Of a stretch of DNA of 64,000 bases, positions 17,492-35,118 are shown one piece after another. The translations under genes and the position numbers were made by a program. Source of the stretch: the human T2T-CHM13v2.0 reference genome, Homo sapiens. Location of the stretch: assembly GCF_009914755.1 (NCBI RefSeq), contig NC_060940.1. The stretch is one strand, 5' to 3'. Positions within the stretch are counted from its first letter, which is position 1; the number at the start of each line of letters is the position of its first letter. The notes under the pieces are model-generated. The model had not been told where the DNA came from. It saw nothing but the letters and a program-made list of their open reading frames with translations, and made no database searches.

Positions 17492-18207
17492 TGGGGTGGT
17501 CAGAGAGGTACTTTTTTGGCTTCCATATACCATTAACACAGAGTCTGTATTCTAAAAATTATCTCTTTTATCAATGTTGCTGACTTGCGACCCACAGGCC
17601 AGATTGAATCTCTAGGCCTACGGCACTGTGTTTTCAAAAATAAATTCAGATTGGCTGCCAACATTTAATTATCAAGCAATTCCATATGAAAATGAAGATT
17701 TCTGACTTCTTCTCGAAAAAAGTGAAAAGGAAAATTCAGCAATCTTGGGCCCACATGGCCACACTGCATGAATGTGCTAGGAATGAGAAGCAGCCTCCAC
17801 ATTTAGACAAGGCTCTCCAGTTCACTTCGGTCTCTACCCAGCCTACTGCACCTTATGTTACCTTTTAGGCCCCTGAAGGCACTATGTGATAACCCCTTCA
17901 CCTGTGCATCCTTAGGTGCACCTACCCTGGAGCCTGCCACAATGTAGGTGATCAGTAGGGATTTCTGGAATAGATAAATACCTGTACAAGGAAGCAGCAC
18001 AACAGCACTCCAAACAAGACCAAGAGAAAGTGCTTAGCAAAATGCCAGCATCCAAGACCAAGCTGCTTGTCCCATGCAGAGTGCCCCAGAGGGGAAGCAG
18101 GTATTTGCTCAATGGCTTTGAGGACTGCTATTTATTGCCCTCAAACAGCTATTATGCCTGCAATGTGCTCGGAACTGTCCAGGATGCTGAAGTGATTGAA
18201 GGTTGGC

Positions 18208-18505
<298 letters not shown>

Positions 18506-18840
18506 TCAGCTATCTTTCTTGAAATGAACAAGTGATGTGGCACTGGGGGAGTTTGTCGAGCCTGGTTTGTGTGTTTTATCCAGAAGTGCTGGACAAAATG
18601 TGTTCCCACATTACGCAGCAAACAGGAACACCAGAATGACTGCCTCCTCATCAGAGCAGACTATTCCCACCAAACACTCCCCTAATCTTGTATACAGACA
18701 GAAAAAAAGGACCTGTCATTAGATACCCTGCTTCCCTTCCTTCAAATGATCCAATTTCACCCTCTCAATTTTTTCATAGCAGTTTTTCACCTGTCCTCTT
18801 GTGATTTTCCTAATACTTTTCTTTAAATCAACTAAAAATA

Positions 18841-19158
<318 letters not shown>

Positions 19159-19728
19159 TAAATCAACTAAAATATTTTTATTTAATTATATCTTAAAAGG
19201 AAATGTTACAGAGGTCCACAATCCCTCATCTGCAATTCCAAAGTCCAAAAATAATCTGAAAACTGCAAGTTTTCCCCCAAAGTTTAAGTCAAACTTATTT
19301 ATCAGCAAAACTTGACCTGAAGTAATGTGAGGCTATTTATTTATAGTCTCTATTTATTCCAATTAGTGTGGCTTGTCACAGATTTCTTCACAGAAATATT
19401 AATGTGTTTGCTTACAAGGTGCTTCCCCAGACACTGCTGGGGGTATGAAGTTACATACAGTAAATGTACAGGGTGATCTTTTCAAAATCTGAGAAATTCT
19501 GAATTCTGAACTATATCTGTCCCCAGGGGTTTTCGTAAGGGTTTATGAACCTGTCATACCACCATAAGTAGAAAATCAGTACCACCTGCTAGAAGAAGAG
19601 AAGATGACCGTAAAAATAAATATAATTAAACTACATATTGTAATTTTAAGAAAAATGTTTTTTAAAAACACCTAAACTCACACAGATCTCCTCTGACCCC
19701 ATCAGCAGAGCCTGGTCACAAGCCTCTA

Positions 19729-19950
<222 letters not shown>

Positions 19951-20431
19951 TCAGAACTCCGCTTGTTTTATTAATGGTGCTGCATAATGTTCAGATCTGA
20001 GTGTTCTAGGCAGGCATCATTCCTTACAAAAGGCCCTGGAAATCACACTGGGGAATCAAGTTCCTTCATCAACTCAGAAAAAAAAAATGTGGGTCACATT
20101 AGCCCTGATTGGCCTCCTACAGTGAAACGCATGCCCAGAAGGAACTTCAATTTACACACTTTCAAATTTTGTATAAACCTACTTAGGGGCCAATTAAATC
20201 ACATTCTAAACTAGCGGTTTTCCAAACTTTAGTGTACACAAGAATCTCCAAAAGAGCTTGTTTTAAAAGCAGATTTGCAGACCCACCCTCTGCAACTTCA
20301 AATCATGAAATGTAGGTTCTACTGTAACGCCACTGATGTTTGCTACACATGGCCAAGGATAATGTTTTATTTTGTGTCCCCACATTTAAGTTTGGAAAGA
20401 GAGAGAAAGGTATGCTCAGGGTGAGTCTTAC

Positions 20432-20568
20432 CTGCAATGGTCCCAAGCTCCTGCAAGACAGAACTGGTCCACTCAGTGGGATCCCCAAACACAACTTCAG
20501 CCTTCCTCTTAAACTCGGCTAAGACATGTGTGCTGCAGAGCAGGGTCCCAATTCTGGCCACTACCACC
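20432..20568 (-). CDS. OTOA: Otoancorin exon 25 (137 nt; VVVARIGT...ELGTIA)
   Basis: Acceptor taccag|G, donor G|gtaaga. Confidence 0.95.
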
Positions 20569-20632
20569 CTGGTAGTGGTTAAAGAGGGAGGGATATAATA
20601 TGAGCTTGGACTCTTCAGCCAAAAACAAACAA

Positions 20633-20668
20633 ACACACACACACACACACACACATACACACACACAC
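20633..20668. repeat. (CA)n in intron 24
   Basis: Seen directly. Confidence 0.95.
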
Positions 20669-20768
20669 TGCACAGTAGGCTCAGCAGGGACAGCAGATCC
20701 AGCTTATCCCATTAGCCCAGTGGGATTTTAGCCCAGAAAGGTGCCAAGTGTCAGGAGGTGGAATATCT

Positions 20769-20816
20769 GGATGGATGGATGGATGGATGGATGGATGGAT
20801 GGATGGATGGATGGAT
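20769..20816. repeat. (GGAT)12 in intron 24
   Basis: Seen directly. Confidence 0.95.
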
Positions 20817-20858
20817 GAATTAACCCATTTGCCATTTTGCACATTCATATTTTAGTTA

Positions 20859-21002
<144 letters not shown>

Positions 21003-21202
21003 CTAAAAAATAGTAAGAATAAAAGATAAACCATCCAGGAATGATCAAGGTCCCCAGGCCTGAGGGGATAAATAAGCTGTTGCTGTAGTCTCCTGACTGA
21101 TCTCCCATCCTACTCCTCTGGAATCCCCACTCCAAACCATCCTGGCCTCTGCATCCAAGTTCATGTCCTTAAGATACTACTTCAACTGAGTATGTCCCCT
21201 AA

Positions 21203-21760
<558 letters not shown>

Positions 21761-21854
21761 TGAAATGCCCTTCTGCACTTCCAAGTGCAGACATTCTTTT
21801 TTTTTTTTCTTTGGTTCAACTCAAATGTCACCTTCTTCATGAGGTTTCAGCCAG

Positions 21855-21950
21855 AATGATTTTTTCTTCCTCTATGGTCCTACAGAAATATGTTTACCCC
21901 TTAATGATTTTTTCTTCCTCTGTGGTCCTACAGAAATATGTTCACCCCTT
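21855..21950. repeat. 48-bp tandem duplication
   Basis: aatgattttttcttcctct(a/g)tggtcctacagaaatatgtt(t/c)acccctt occurs twice. Confidence 0.9.
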
Positions 21951-22461
21951 CAATTCCAATGTTTACTCTTCAATTCCAAGAGTAGCACACAAAATGCTTT
22001 GGTGTTAAACTATTTTAAACTAAGCCTTGATTTAAGGCGGCTGACACATAAGTCTCCATAATTCTAGCACAGTGGCTATTCATCATTCATAACTTCCTCT
22101 GGAGAACCACCTCTCTTGTATTCCTGCTTCATGTGGTTCAGTCAAAGCTAACTGCACCAAGTTCCAGGAGTGATGAATTTCAATTCATACCTTAGCCTAG
22201 CTGCAGTCACTGGTTCTGGATTGGACATGTGATTTAACCAGAGTCAACCAGAACTTTGAGTGGAGCATTAGGGGAAGAGCTTTCTTTACTCTGGACTTGA
22301 ACTTAGAAGGATATACACAAGGATCTGCTGGAACCTACCACATGCAGGCATAGAGCCTGTCTCTCAATGAAGCCAACACAAAGAAAAGCAAAGTTCAAAA
22401 ACATGATAAGAGACAGATTCCCACCCAGAGTGTTGAAGATCCTGGATCCAGCTGTATCTGA

Positions 22462-23731
<1,270 letters not shown>

Positions 23732-24607
23732 TAGATCATTAAGGTGTTGAGAGAAAGTGTTGAGGAAGATTGTGAAATGTTGCAATGAAATTCCGTCTTC
23801 ATGGGCTGGTGCTTCCCACCCCTCAGGTGTGTTTAAATGCTACCTACTCAGAGAAAACTGCCCTCTGGACTCTTTCATCTCAAACAGCCCTTCTTCCCAC
23901 TATTCCCATGAGCACCTTGTCCATTTTCCGCATCACTTATCGTGATTTTTCAAATTTTTCACTTTGATTACTCACTTTTTTGTCTGTATCACCAAGTAGG
24001 CTCCCAAAAGAAAAGGACCATATCCAGGTAGTTTACCAATGAGTCCCCAGCACCTAGCATAATGCCTGCCACAGAGTAGGAGTTCAATAAGTACTTCTTG
24101 AGTAAGTAAATGAATGAGTGAATGAATGAATGAATGAAACAACATCTGAGTGAGTGACTTACAAAAGTCGTGGGCAATATATATTATTTGACATGCTTCA
24201 TTTTGCTGCCTTCATGTAATAGACTGGCTTCAGGAAGATTTCTCATGTTTCTGAAAATCGGACTGGTCAGTGTCCTCATCAAGTTGTCCTCCATGATTAC
24301 AAAGCTCACAGCTACTATGGGGGCGGGGGATGCAGTAACACCATGCTTAGACTTATATGTCTTTGACTTAATGGGACTGTATATCCAAAGTGGTAATAGC
24401 TAACATTTATTGTAGCTAACATTTCTTGAGTGCATACTGTGTGCTGGCACCACTTTGACCACTTTACACATACTATCTCATCTAATCCTCCTAAATAACA
24501 CTATGAGGTAAGTATTAATAGTATCCCTAGTTTGCAGATGAGCAAACTGAGGCAAGGAGAGGTTAAGTAACTAGGCCAAGATCACACAGCTAGAAAATGA
24601 TCGTTCT

Positions 24608-24912
24608 GGCCAGGCGCCGTAGCTCCTGCCCGTAATCCCAGCACTTTGGGAGACAAAGGCGGGCAGATCACCTGAGGTCGGGAGTTGGAGACCAGCCTGA
24701 CCAACATGGAGAAACCCCGTCTCTACTAAAAATACAAAATAAGCAGGGTGTGATGATGCATGCCTGTAATCCCAGTTACTCAGGAGGCTGAGGCAGGAGA
24801 ATTGCTTGAACCCGGGAGGCAGAGGTTGCAGTGAGTGGAGATTACACTCCAGCCTGGGCAACAAGAGCAAAACTCATTCTAAAAAAAAAAAAGAAGAAGA
24901 AGAAAGAGAAAA
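24608..24912 (+). mobile_element. Alu (Sp/Sq-like)
   Basis: TSD agaaaatgat(c/g)gttct; inserted in a MIR. Confidence 0.9.
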
Positions 24913-26130
24913 GAAAATGATGGTTCTAGGATCAAAACCCAGGCAGTCTGATTCCAGGGCCCATACTCTTAGCCAGTGAAGGTGTTTGGCTATGGAGAAA
25001 AGATGGAGATTCAAGTTAGTTTTCAAATTTTTCTTATTAAGTCTTCATAATCAGGTTTCACTAGTTGACTCAGAGCAATTTGGGCTCCTCAACTATCAGG
25101 CACGCTCACTTTAAAATGAAAGTGCAAAAATACAATTTAAATAAAATTACTTTGAAGATATGGTATTAAATTGTCCTTGCCACTGAAACCCGGAAAATGC
25201 AAGCTCAGCCTGCAAGGTGATAAGTTAAAATAAATTTCCTTGAGTGACGAGACCAGTGTATATGTAATGATTCCAAGACAATTAATACCAACACTTTTAG
25301 GCAATATTAACTGTTGAAAAATGAATAGCTTTAAGATTTCAATCTCTCTGTTCATCCCTCTGGCTTCTATAATAGTTTTTTCCCTTATATTGGTTTTTGA
25401 GCTGAACTATCTGTTAATGTAGTTCCGTCAGGTCTGACTATTAATCTAGAAACCTGCATTTAAGGTTGATTGGGAGCTAAAGTTGAAGAACTGACTACAA
25501 ATGATACATGCAAATGTTAGGTTTTCATATCCTCTTCAAACATATTGATAAATCTCACTGCCATCCATGAGAATTAAAATCGGTGCGAAGGGAAGGAGAT
25601 ACCCTAGTTTCTGCATGTATTTTTCTGTTTCTCCGAGCCTGCAAATAGAATGATTTTAATAGCACAGTGTGATGTGGCACTTCTCAAACTAGTCAAAACC
25701 AGTTTTAGAGTCAAAGAACCATGGGATTATAGAATATCAGACTGGAAGGAACCTCAGATTGTTGGGGCTAACCCTCTCATCTTGCAAAGGAGGAGACTAA
25801 CCCAGAGAAAGGGGCTGTAATGATGATAATGTTGATGATGACAATGCAATGATGTCAATATCAACATAAAAACAGCTAATTTTTATTGACTACTATGTAC
25901 CAGACATTGTTCAAAATGTTTTCAAGTATTAACTCATGTAATCTTCATGGCCAGGATCTGCATGTTGCCCAGCTCCAGGGGTGCACCATTCACAGTGTAT
26001 TCTGTTTGAATGGTGCCACTCAGAGTTATGAAACATGGCCACCGTGATTACAAAAAGCTCAAAAGAGTAGGGGGACATTCATTGGTTTTGGCTGCTCAGC
26101 GTCCACACTTTTTCTTTGGAAAATTACCCT

Positions 26131-26618
26131 CCATTAGCTTCCTATTGCTACTCTACCAAATTACCCCAAACATAGTGGCTTTAAAACTACACGTTTATTC
26201 TCTTATAGTTCTGGAGACTGTATGTCCTAAAATGGACTAGAAGGATGGGTTCCTTCTGGGAGTTCTAAGAAGAATTCATTTTCTTGCTTTTTCTAGCTTC
26301 AAGAGGCCACCTGCATTTCCTTGGCTCATAGCCCCATCCTCCATCTCCAAAATCAGCAGCAGAGCACCTTCAGATCTCTTTCTAGGTCCCTCTGCTTCCA
26401 TTATCATGTCACCTTCTCTATCTATGACCCTCCTTGCTCCTTCTTAAAAGGACCCTTGTGATTACATTGGGCCCACCCAAATAATCCAAGATAACCTCCT
26501 CATCTCAAGATCCTTAATCGCATCTTCAAAGTCCCTTTTGCTCCATAAGTTAACATAGTCACAGCTTCCAGGGGTTCAGACATGGACATCTTTCGGGGAC
26601 CTTAATCAGCCCACCACA
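26131..26618 (-). mobile_element. MLT1-type MaLR LTR
   Basis: agtggcttaaaac...ggacccttgtgattacattgggcccac...cagcccaccaca. Confidence 0.7.
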
Positions 26619-26899
26619 TATCCTTCCCCACTCGGCTCATGTGGTCATGAGATGCTGATAAGATGGACTCCGCTCCCTGATGCAGGCCTCGCCAACCAAC
26701 ATATTCAACCCCTGACCAGAGTGGTTGCTCAGGGGCGGGCAACTACATGAGTGGAGTCAATGCTGAGGCTTTTCCAAAAACTAATAAAGAAGAGGCACAT
26801 TTTTATGGGCTTGTTAATTAGGTTGTATATAAGCCTAGTGCTGAAAATGACCACTGAGAGAGCTGCCTAAGAACGAAGATAACATGGAAGGGCTAACAC

Positions 26900-27865
26900 T
26901 TCCCTTTCCAGCAGTACAGTGGATTAGACACCCTAAACTCCTCTCCCAATCAAAACAATTAAAATTCTGGGAAGAACTTCTTCTTTAGCCCATGAAGGAT
27001 TAATTAACATAGGAATTGGCCACCCACCATAAACAACTAGAAAATTTAACAAAATACATCAGACAACTGCATCCGGATATGGAACAACAGAATCATAATC
27101 CCAGAAGAAGAAAAACAAACAAGATGAGCCTTAAAATTACCCTCACTTACTGCCAAAAAGCAGTTTCCAAGACATGGATCAGGAAGAGGAACCAAAACAA
27201 GCCCAGTGGCCCAGCTGAGTTGAGGATACAGATATCCAAGTTCAGAGAGGCCACGGCACTTATCACTTGGGCAAAGTATTGGAGAGGAGGAAACTGCAGA
27301 GGGTTCCAGAAAGCTGCAGAGATGTCTAGTACTGACTGCTATTTTGCACATGCAAAGAGTGAAACTCCACATAGGCAGGAAAAGAGTCATCAGTAATCAG
27401 AAAGGATTAGGCTGAGCAACTTCCAGAGCTCATATGGAGCTGGAAATAGTTCACATTCTCACCAGCCAAAGTAGAGAGATCTTGAAATACATGGAGCATT
27501 AGGTAACATCCTCAAAGGAATCATGTCACAGTAATGATGATAAATTAACAACAGAATAAAGGTCACTCTGGTTTTACCCTAACAAAACTCAAAAGGAAGC
27601 ATCAAAAGGATCAAGCTGATTTGAAAGTAACTTAAGTGTATGACAGAACAAAGCCCAATACTCTTCAAAGAAATACAACTAAATCAAATACTCAACAATG
27701 TAAAATCCACAATGCTCATCACCCAATCAAAATTGCTAGGCTTGCAAACAAAAAAAGAAAATATGACTCATAACTAAGAGAAAAATCAGTCAACAGAAAC
27801 AGACTCAAAAATGACCATCATGAGGAAATTAACAGTAAGGATATGAAGGCAGCTCTTATAAATAT
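26900..27865 (+). mobile_element. Ancient L1 (L1M) 5'-region fragment
   Basis: A-rich degenerate sequence with L1M-like motifs (aaaaatcagtcaacagaaacagac); subfamily not determined. Confidence 0.5.
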
Positions 27866-27875
27866 GGAATAGTTA

Positions 27876-28079
<204 letters not shown>

Positions 28080-28103
28080 TTAGACTGAACACTGTGATGG
28101 TAT

Positions 28104-28468
28104 TTACAATGATTTGAATGTTTGTGCCCCTCTAAAATGCATATGTTAAAACCTAATCTCCAATGTGATAGTATTGGAAGGTTGGGCCTTGGGAGATGAT
28201 TAGGTCATAAGGGTGGAGCCCTCATGAGTGGGATTAGTGCCCTTGTAAAAGAGACCCCAGAGAGCTAGCTACAAGCTAGTCCCTTTCCACCATGTGAGGA
28301 CACAGTGAGAAAGCACCATCTATGAAAAACAAGTCCTTACCAGATACTGGATCTGCCAGTGCTTCAATTTTTGATTTCTCACCCCCCAGAACTGTGAGAA
28401 ATAAATTTCTGTTTATAAGTTACCAGTCTATGATATTTTGTTATAGCAGCCTGAATGGACAAAGGCAG
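28104..28468 (+). mobile_element. MLT1A-type LTR
   Basis: gaatgtttgtgcccc...gggtggagccctcatg...agaactgtgagaaataaatttctg...ttatagcagcctgaatggac. Confidence 0.75.
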
Positions 28469-28489
28469 TATCTAAAATAGACATAAGGA

Positions 28490-29056
28490 GGCTAGGTGCG
28501 GTGGCTCACACTTGGAATCTCAGCATTTTTGGAGGCCAAGGCATGCAGATCACATGAGGCCAGGAGTTCAAGACCAGCCTGGCCAACATAACGAAACCCT
28601 GCCTCTACTAAAAATACAAAAAAAAAAAATTAGCTGTGCATGGTGGCGCACATCTGTAATCCCAGCCACTTGGGTGGCTGAGGCACAAGACTCACTTGCA
28701 GAAGTTGCAGTTAGCCAAGATGGTGCCACTGTACTCCAGCCTGGGTGACAGAGCGAGACCCTGTCTCAAAGAAATAAAAATAAAACAGACATAGGGAAAC
28801 CTATTGTGCAGCATGGTGACCACAGTTGATAATAATGTGTTGAATGGTTGAAAATTGTGAAGAGAGTAGATGTTAAATATTCTCACAACAAAAACTGACA
28901 ACGGACAAGTATGAAAGGTGATTGACATGTTAGCTTGCTTTAACCATTCCCCAATGTATACATACATCAAAACATCATATTGTATATATGTATACACCAT
29001 AAATATATATAATTTGTATTTGTCAACTATCCCTTAATAAAAAATAAATAAAAATT
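28490..29056 (+). mobile_element. Alu (28490-28781) followed by an L1MA-like 3' end (28798-29056)
   Basis: Three copies of the target aaaa.agacata(a/g)gg at 28474, 28782 and 29057. Confidence 0.8.
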
Positions 29057-29577
29057 AAAAAGACATAGGGTAAATCTTAATATAAAGCTCTCTTTTAAAT
29101 CAATAATAAAAACATGACTATATTTGTTTTAAAAAAAAGATAGACAAAAGACATCAACAAGGAATTCACAAAAGAAAAATTAAATGTATGGGGAAAACTT
29201 TATTCTCAGTCATAATTAAAGAAATATACATTAAAAACAATCAGACCATGTTGATTCATCACATGTCAAGAAGTATAAAGACTTATCACCATTTACGATA
29301 CTGGAAAGATACAAGGTAAGGGATACCCTCATTTGTTGTAGTTGAGAATATAAGTTGGTACATACTCTTGAGAGGGCAATTTGGCTATCTGTATCAAAAG
29401 CTTTTAAAGTATTTATATTCTTTGACCCAGAAATTCCACCTCTGGGAATTTAGCCTGAGTAAATGAGACAAGTACCCAACAGTATATGTATAAAGGCATA
29501 CATTGAGGCATTTTTTTAATGCAACCTGAAAGTCTAACAATTAGCTAAATAAATAAGAACTAACCATAAATAAAATG

Positions 29578-29925
29578 AAGTTGCCCCTGTGGATACCTCC
29601 ACCAAGGATTGGTTCCAGGACTTCTTAAAGATACCAAAATCCATGGATATTCAAGTCCCTTATATAAAATAGTGTAGTATTTGCATATAATCTATGCACA
29701 TCCTCATGTATACTTTAAATCATCTCTAGATTAGTTATAATACCTGATGCAATATAAGTGCTATGTAAATATGTACAAAATGTTATGTCAAAAATGCTAC
29801 TGTATTTTTATGTGTATTGTTTTTTATTGTTATATTGTTATTTGGATCATTTTTTCTAAATACATTCTACCTGAGGTTGGTTGAATCTGCAGATGTGGAA
29901 CCCACTGATATGGAAGGCTAATTGT
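29578..29925. mobile_element. MER2 (TcMar-Tigger) relic
   Basis: ggattggttccaggac...gataccaaaatccatggat...ttggttgaatctgcagatgtggaaccc. Confidence 0.75.
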
Positions 29926-29954
29926 ATTACAAAGCTATTTAAAATACTGATATA

Positions 29955-30258
29955 GGCTAGATGCTGTGGCTTACGCCTGTAATCCCAACACTTTGGGAGG
30001 CCAGGCAGACAGATCACTTGAGGTCAGGAGTTCGAGACCAGCCTGGCCAACATTGTGAAACCCCATCTCTACTAAAAATACAAAAATTAGCCGGGCATGG
30101 TGGCGGATGCCTGTAATCTCAGCTACTTGGGAGGATGAGGCAGGAGAATTGCTTGAACCTGGGAGGCAGAAGTTGCAGTAAGCCAAGACCACACTATTGT
30201 ACTCCAGCCTGGGCAACAAGAACAAAACTCCATCTCAAAAAATAAATAAATAAATAAA
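29955..30258 (+). mobile_element. Alu (S-like)
   Basis: TSD taaaatactga(t/c)atag. Confidence 0.9.
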
Positions 30259-30678
30259 ATACTGACATAGATGTACATTTTGGATATGAAAAAATATGCA
30301 GTCTGTACTGTTGGGTGTAGAAAGCAAGTTATTGAATAGTAGGTAAGTATAATATCATTTTTGTAAAACATGAGATATATGTATGAAATATATAAAATAA
30401 TATTTTTTATATACATAGTTTTGGAGTCTGGTAAGCTTCAAGTGAATATACCAAAATATCAACAGTGCTTATCTGCTGAACAGTGCTTATCAAAATATCA
30501 ACAGTGAGTAAAAGATTATCACTGATTTTCTTCTTTATTATTTTCTGACTTTTCTACAATAAACTTGAAGTACTCATATAATACATAAATACAGTTATAT
30601 TTATAATTTTAAGACATTGAATTGTTTAACCCTTGAGGGTAACTAGATATTCCACAACCATGTAAAGAGCTAAAACAG

Positions 30679-31591
<913 letters not shown>

Positions 31592-32000
31592 TAAAGATGG
31601 AAAGCTACTTCCAGTCCTCTTTTTACTCCTTTCTGTTATATTTTCAGACAAATTTGCAAATGATTCTGAGAAAACCTGCTGTGAGCAGCAGCTGGGGCTC
31701 TCCAGGTGAAGGAATAAAGCCTAATTCCTGCAAACCGCCTTGGTCAGAGGCACTGGGACATCCACAGAACTTGATTCACTGAGCATCTGCTAGATGCCAA
31801 GACACATCTCATCCCATTCTCTGCCACAGCCCTAAGAGGGAGGAACTGGAAATTTCCTCCTTTCTCAGATAAGGAGATCACAATATCACTGAGCTGATGC
31901 AGTAAAATTTCAAGATGATGTATGGGAAAACTGCTCGAGGAGGGTTCTATGTGCAGAAATGCTGAACTGGTTTTGGTGTTTTTCTTTTTTCCTCTGTTTA

Positions 32001-32270
<270 letters not shown>

Positions 32271-32786
32271 TTAGTGTATTGAAATGAGTAACATTCTTTG
32301 CCAGTCAGATTTATGCATGGAAGGGACTACAGAGTAAAAGCAGAGAGCAGGAGGCAGGGACCAGTTTGAATCCCACTTCTGCCATTTCTTGCTAATTACT
32401 GGGTAACAAAGTCATGGAAATGCCAGCTTTTTGCACATCCACATGCACAAACTAGGAGCGGTGCAACATTACAATTAAACTACAAATTCCTTGAGGGCAG
32501 TAAGAGCTGGTGGTGAACAGTCCTGACTTTCGATTCAAATCCAAGGCTATTTAACCTCTCTGTATTTCAGTTTTCTTGTCTATAAAATGGAAATAAAATC
32601 GCCTCATAGGATGGTTGTGAAAACTAAATGTGTTATATGTAAAGCACTTAGAACAGTGCCACGCATACAGTAAGCACTCGATACACAATTTCTGTTGCCT
32701 ATCTTACCCCCTATGCCTTTGAGTTTGCAGCCCAGCATAAAGATTCCAAAATTATGCAGCAGCCTTCCTATAAAAATGGGAAGATG

Positions 32787-33090
32787 GGCTGTGCGGTGGC
32801 GCATGTCTTTAATCCCAGCACTTTGGGAGGCCAAGGCAGAAGGATCACTTGAGCCCAGGAATTCAAGACCAGCCTGGGCAGCATGGTAAGACCTCACCTC
32901 TAAAAAAAAAAAAACTACAAAATATTAGCTAGGCATGGTGGCACATGCCTGTAGTCCCAGCTACCCAGCAGGCTGAGGTGGGAGGATCACCTGAGCCTGG
33001 GAGGTCAAGATTGCAGTGAGCCGTGATCACACCTATTCTCCAGCCTGGGTAACGGTGAGACCCTGTGTCAAAATAAAATAAAAAATAAAA
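32787..33090 (+). mobile_element. Alu (J-like)
   Basis: Sense, full-length. Confidence 0.88.
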
Positions 33091-34107
33091 ACCAGGAAGA
33101 TGAGTTGCTGTCCATGAAAATCATAGTGGGGGTTGTGGCTTTCCCATCCCAAGAGAAAAGAGAAATGAGCCTATTGCATTTCTCTTGGCAACAGGAAAAA
33201 CATCCATTTCGGTCTTTGAATAATGTGAACCTTACCTACTCAAACCAGCTACCAACCAACATGCAAGTGAGATATTGTCTTTGCTGGATCTGATGTGCCC
33301 AACCTGGGAGAAAACTCTAGGATCCTTAAGAGCAACCCTGGATTTCTTATCTTAGCCGCAGACCACCACTGATGCTGACAGATGCACCAACCCCACCCAA
33401 GGCCAGGGTATTTCCCGAGCCCCATGGCCTCTCTCTTCTCATTGCACCTTCAATGGAAATTCACTGCATTCCAATCACGAGGCAAAAGTAGACCAGATCA
33501 AAGATGCCAGTTGTGGTCCTCAAACATCTTTATCATAAGCCACTTGGAGAGGACTAAAGACCCATCCCTCCCTAGGCCAACCCCCAGCCCACCCTCTAGT
33601 GAAAACAACATCAGTGATAGCACAGAACTAGAGAGGGCAGAATGGTTGACTAGTATATCAGGAACTTGGTCTTATCACTGTGTCTGTCCAGGGCTTAGAA
33701 TAGAGCCTGGTACATCGTAGGTGTTCAGCAAATATCTGTGGAGTGAGTGAACACACACACACAAATTAATATAAAACCAAGCGGTAATTCTGCTAATCCA
33801 TCAATCACTAAAGCACAGCAGCAATTAATACCCAGAACCAACTAAAGAACACTCAAACTATGCACTGATACCAGAGCTTCCTTCCCCTGAGCATGGAAAG
33901 CCTTATTTTGTGTACCACATGCACACAGTAAGAGCTCTGCAATATGATGACATGGACTGCTAGACCTTGAGGGCAGTGGGAGCCAGTGGTGGTCACCACC
34001 AACTTTGGGTACAAATCCAAGAACTGCCATTTACTAACTCTGTGACTTTAGACAAGTCCCTTAGTCTCCTAAGCCCCAGTTTCCTTCATTTAAAAAACAA
34101 GAGAACA

Positions 34108-34480
34108 CCCAAGCCTGGAAATCTGCAGCCCTAAATGGGAATAGGCATTCCTGTTTTCACGCCCAAATGTTAGGTTTTGGCCTGCCACATCCCACTATCC
34201 TGTACCCATATAAACCCCAAACCCCAGGCTCCATGAGCATACAAGCAGATGAGCAGATGAACAGAAGAGAAGAGGAGCAGAAGAGCAGCATGGCAGAGAA
34301 AGGAGCATCTGAAGGCCAAGAAGAGTTTGGCTGGGGACAGTTGGAGAGGAGATTGGTCACAGGACAGCCAAACTCCAGGGGAAGATCATCTTCCCACTCC
34401 ATCCCCTTTCTAGCTCCCCATCCATCCCACCGAGAGCCACCTCCATTACCCAATAAAACCCCACATTCACCAAGAAAAAA
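34108..34480 (+). mobile_element. MER50 LTR fragment ending in poly(A), flanked by a TSD, inside a MIR
   Basis: Matches recalled MER50 (ccctaaatggga...ccatataaaccccaaacc...ggggaagatcatcttcccactcc). AATAAA at 34452-34457, A-tail from 34472, TSD at 34092-34107 and 34481-34496. Confidence 0.8.
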
Positions 34481-35118
34481 AAAAAACGGGAGAACAAGAT
34501 AATGCATGGAGGGATAATCACCCAAGGTAGACACAAATCCAATTGTGATACTTCTTTGCTCGATGTCACACGATGCCTCCACCCAGAGTAAAAGCCAAAG
34601 TCATTAGGGTTTCCTTTAACAGTCACTACATGGCTGGCCTTGTCTCTCACTCCCCTCCAAACACACTGGCCCTTACCTCCCACTCATGGAAGTGGTCCTG
34701 TTGCACTCTCTGCCTGGAAGACTCTAATTGAAAATATCCACATGGCCCACTCTCCCTTGGGTCTTCATTCAAATGTCACCTTCTCAATAAGATGTTCCTT
34801 CATGATTCTCTTTTCACATGACAGTCCCCTCTCAACACTCGTGGTGCATTCCCTTGCTTTATTTTCCTTCTTGGCACTTTTCATACAATATACCATATAT
34901 TTTACTTATGTATGGAAATTTATTGTCTTGCTACCCTCCATTTGAAAGTAAGCTCTTTATTTACAAAATTGGTGCTTAACGAATATTTGTTGGGTGGATG
35001 AAAGCAAGCACTGACTGTCAACTACTATCACTGGGGGTGATTAACTTTGTCTCCTCATGCCTGGCCCCAGTCTGCACTTAGTAGGTGCATGGTAATAATA
35101 ATAAAATATCTAACACTT

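Noticed and set aside
27016-27396. 126-aa ORF
   Set aside because: Lies within a degenerate ancient L1-like segment and has no intact domain.
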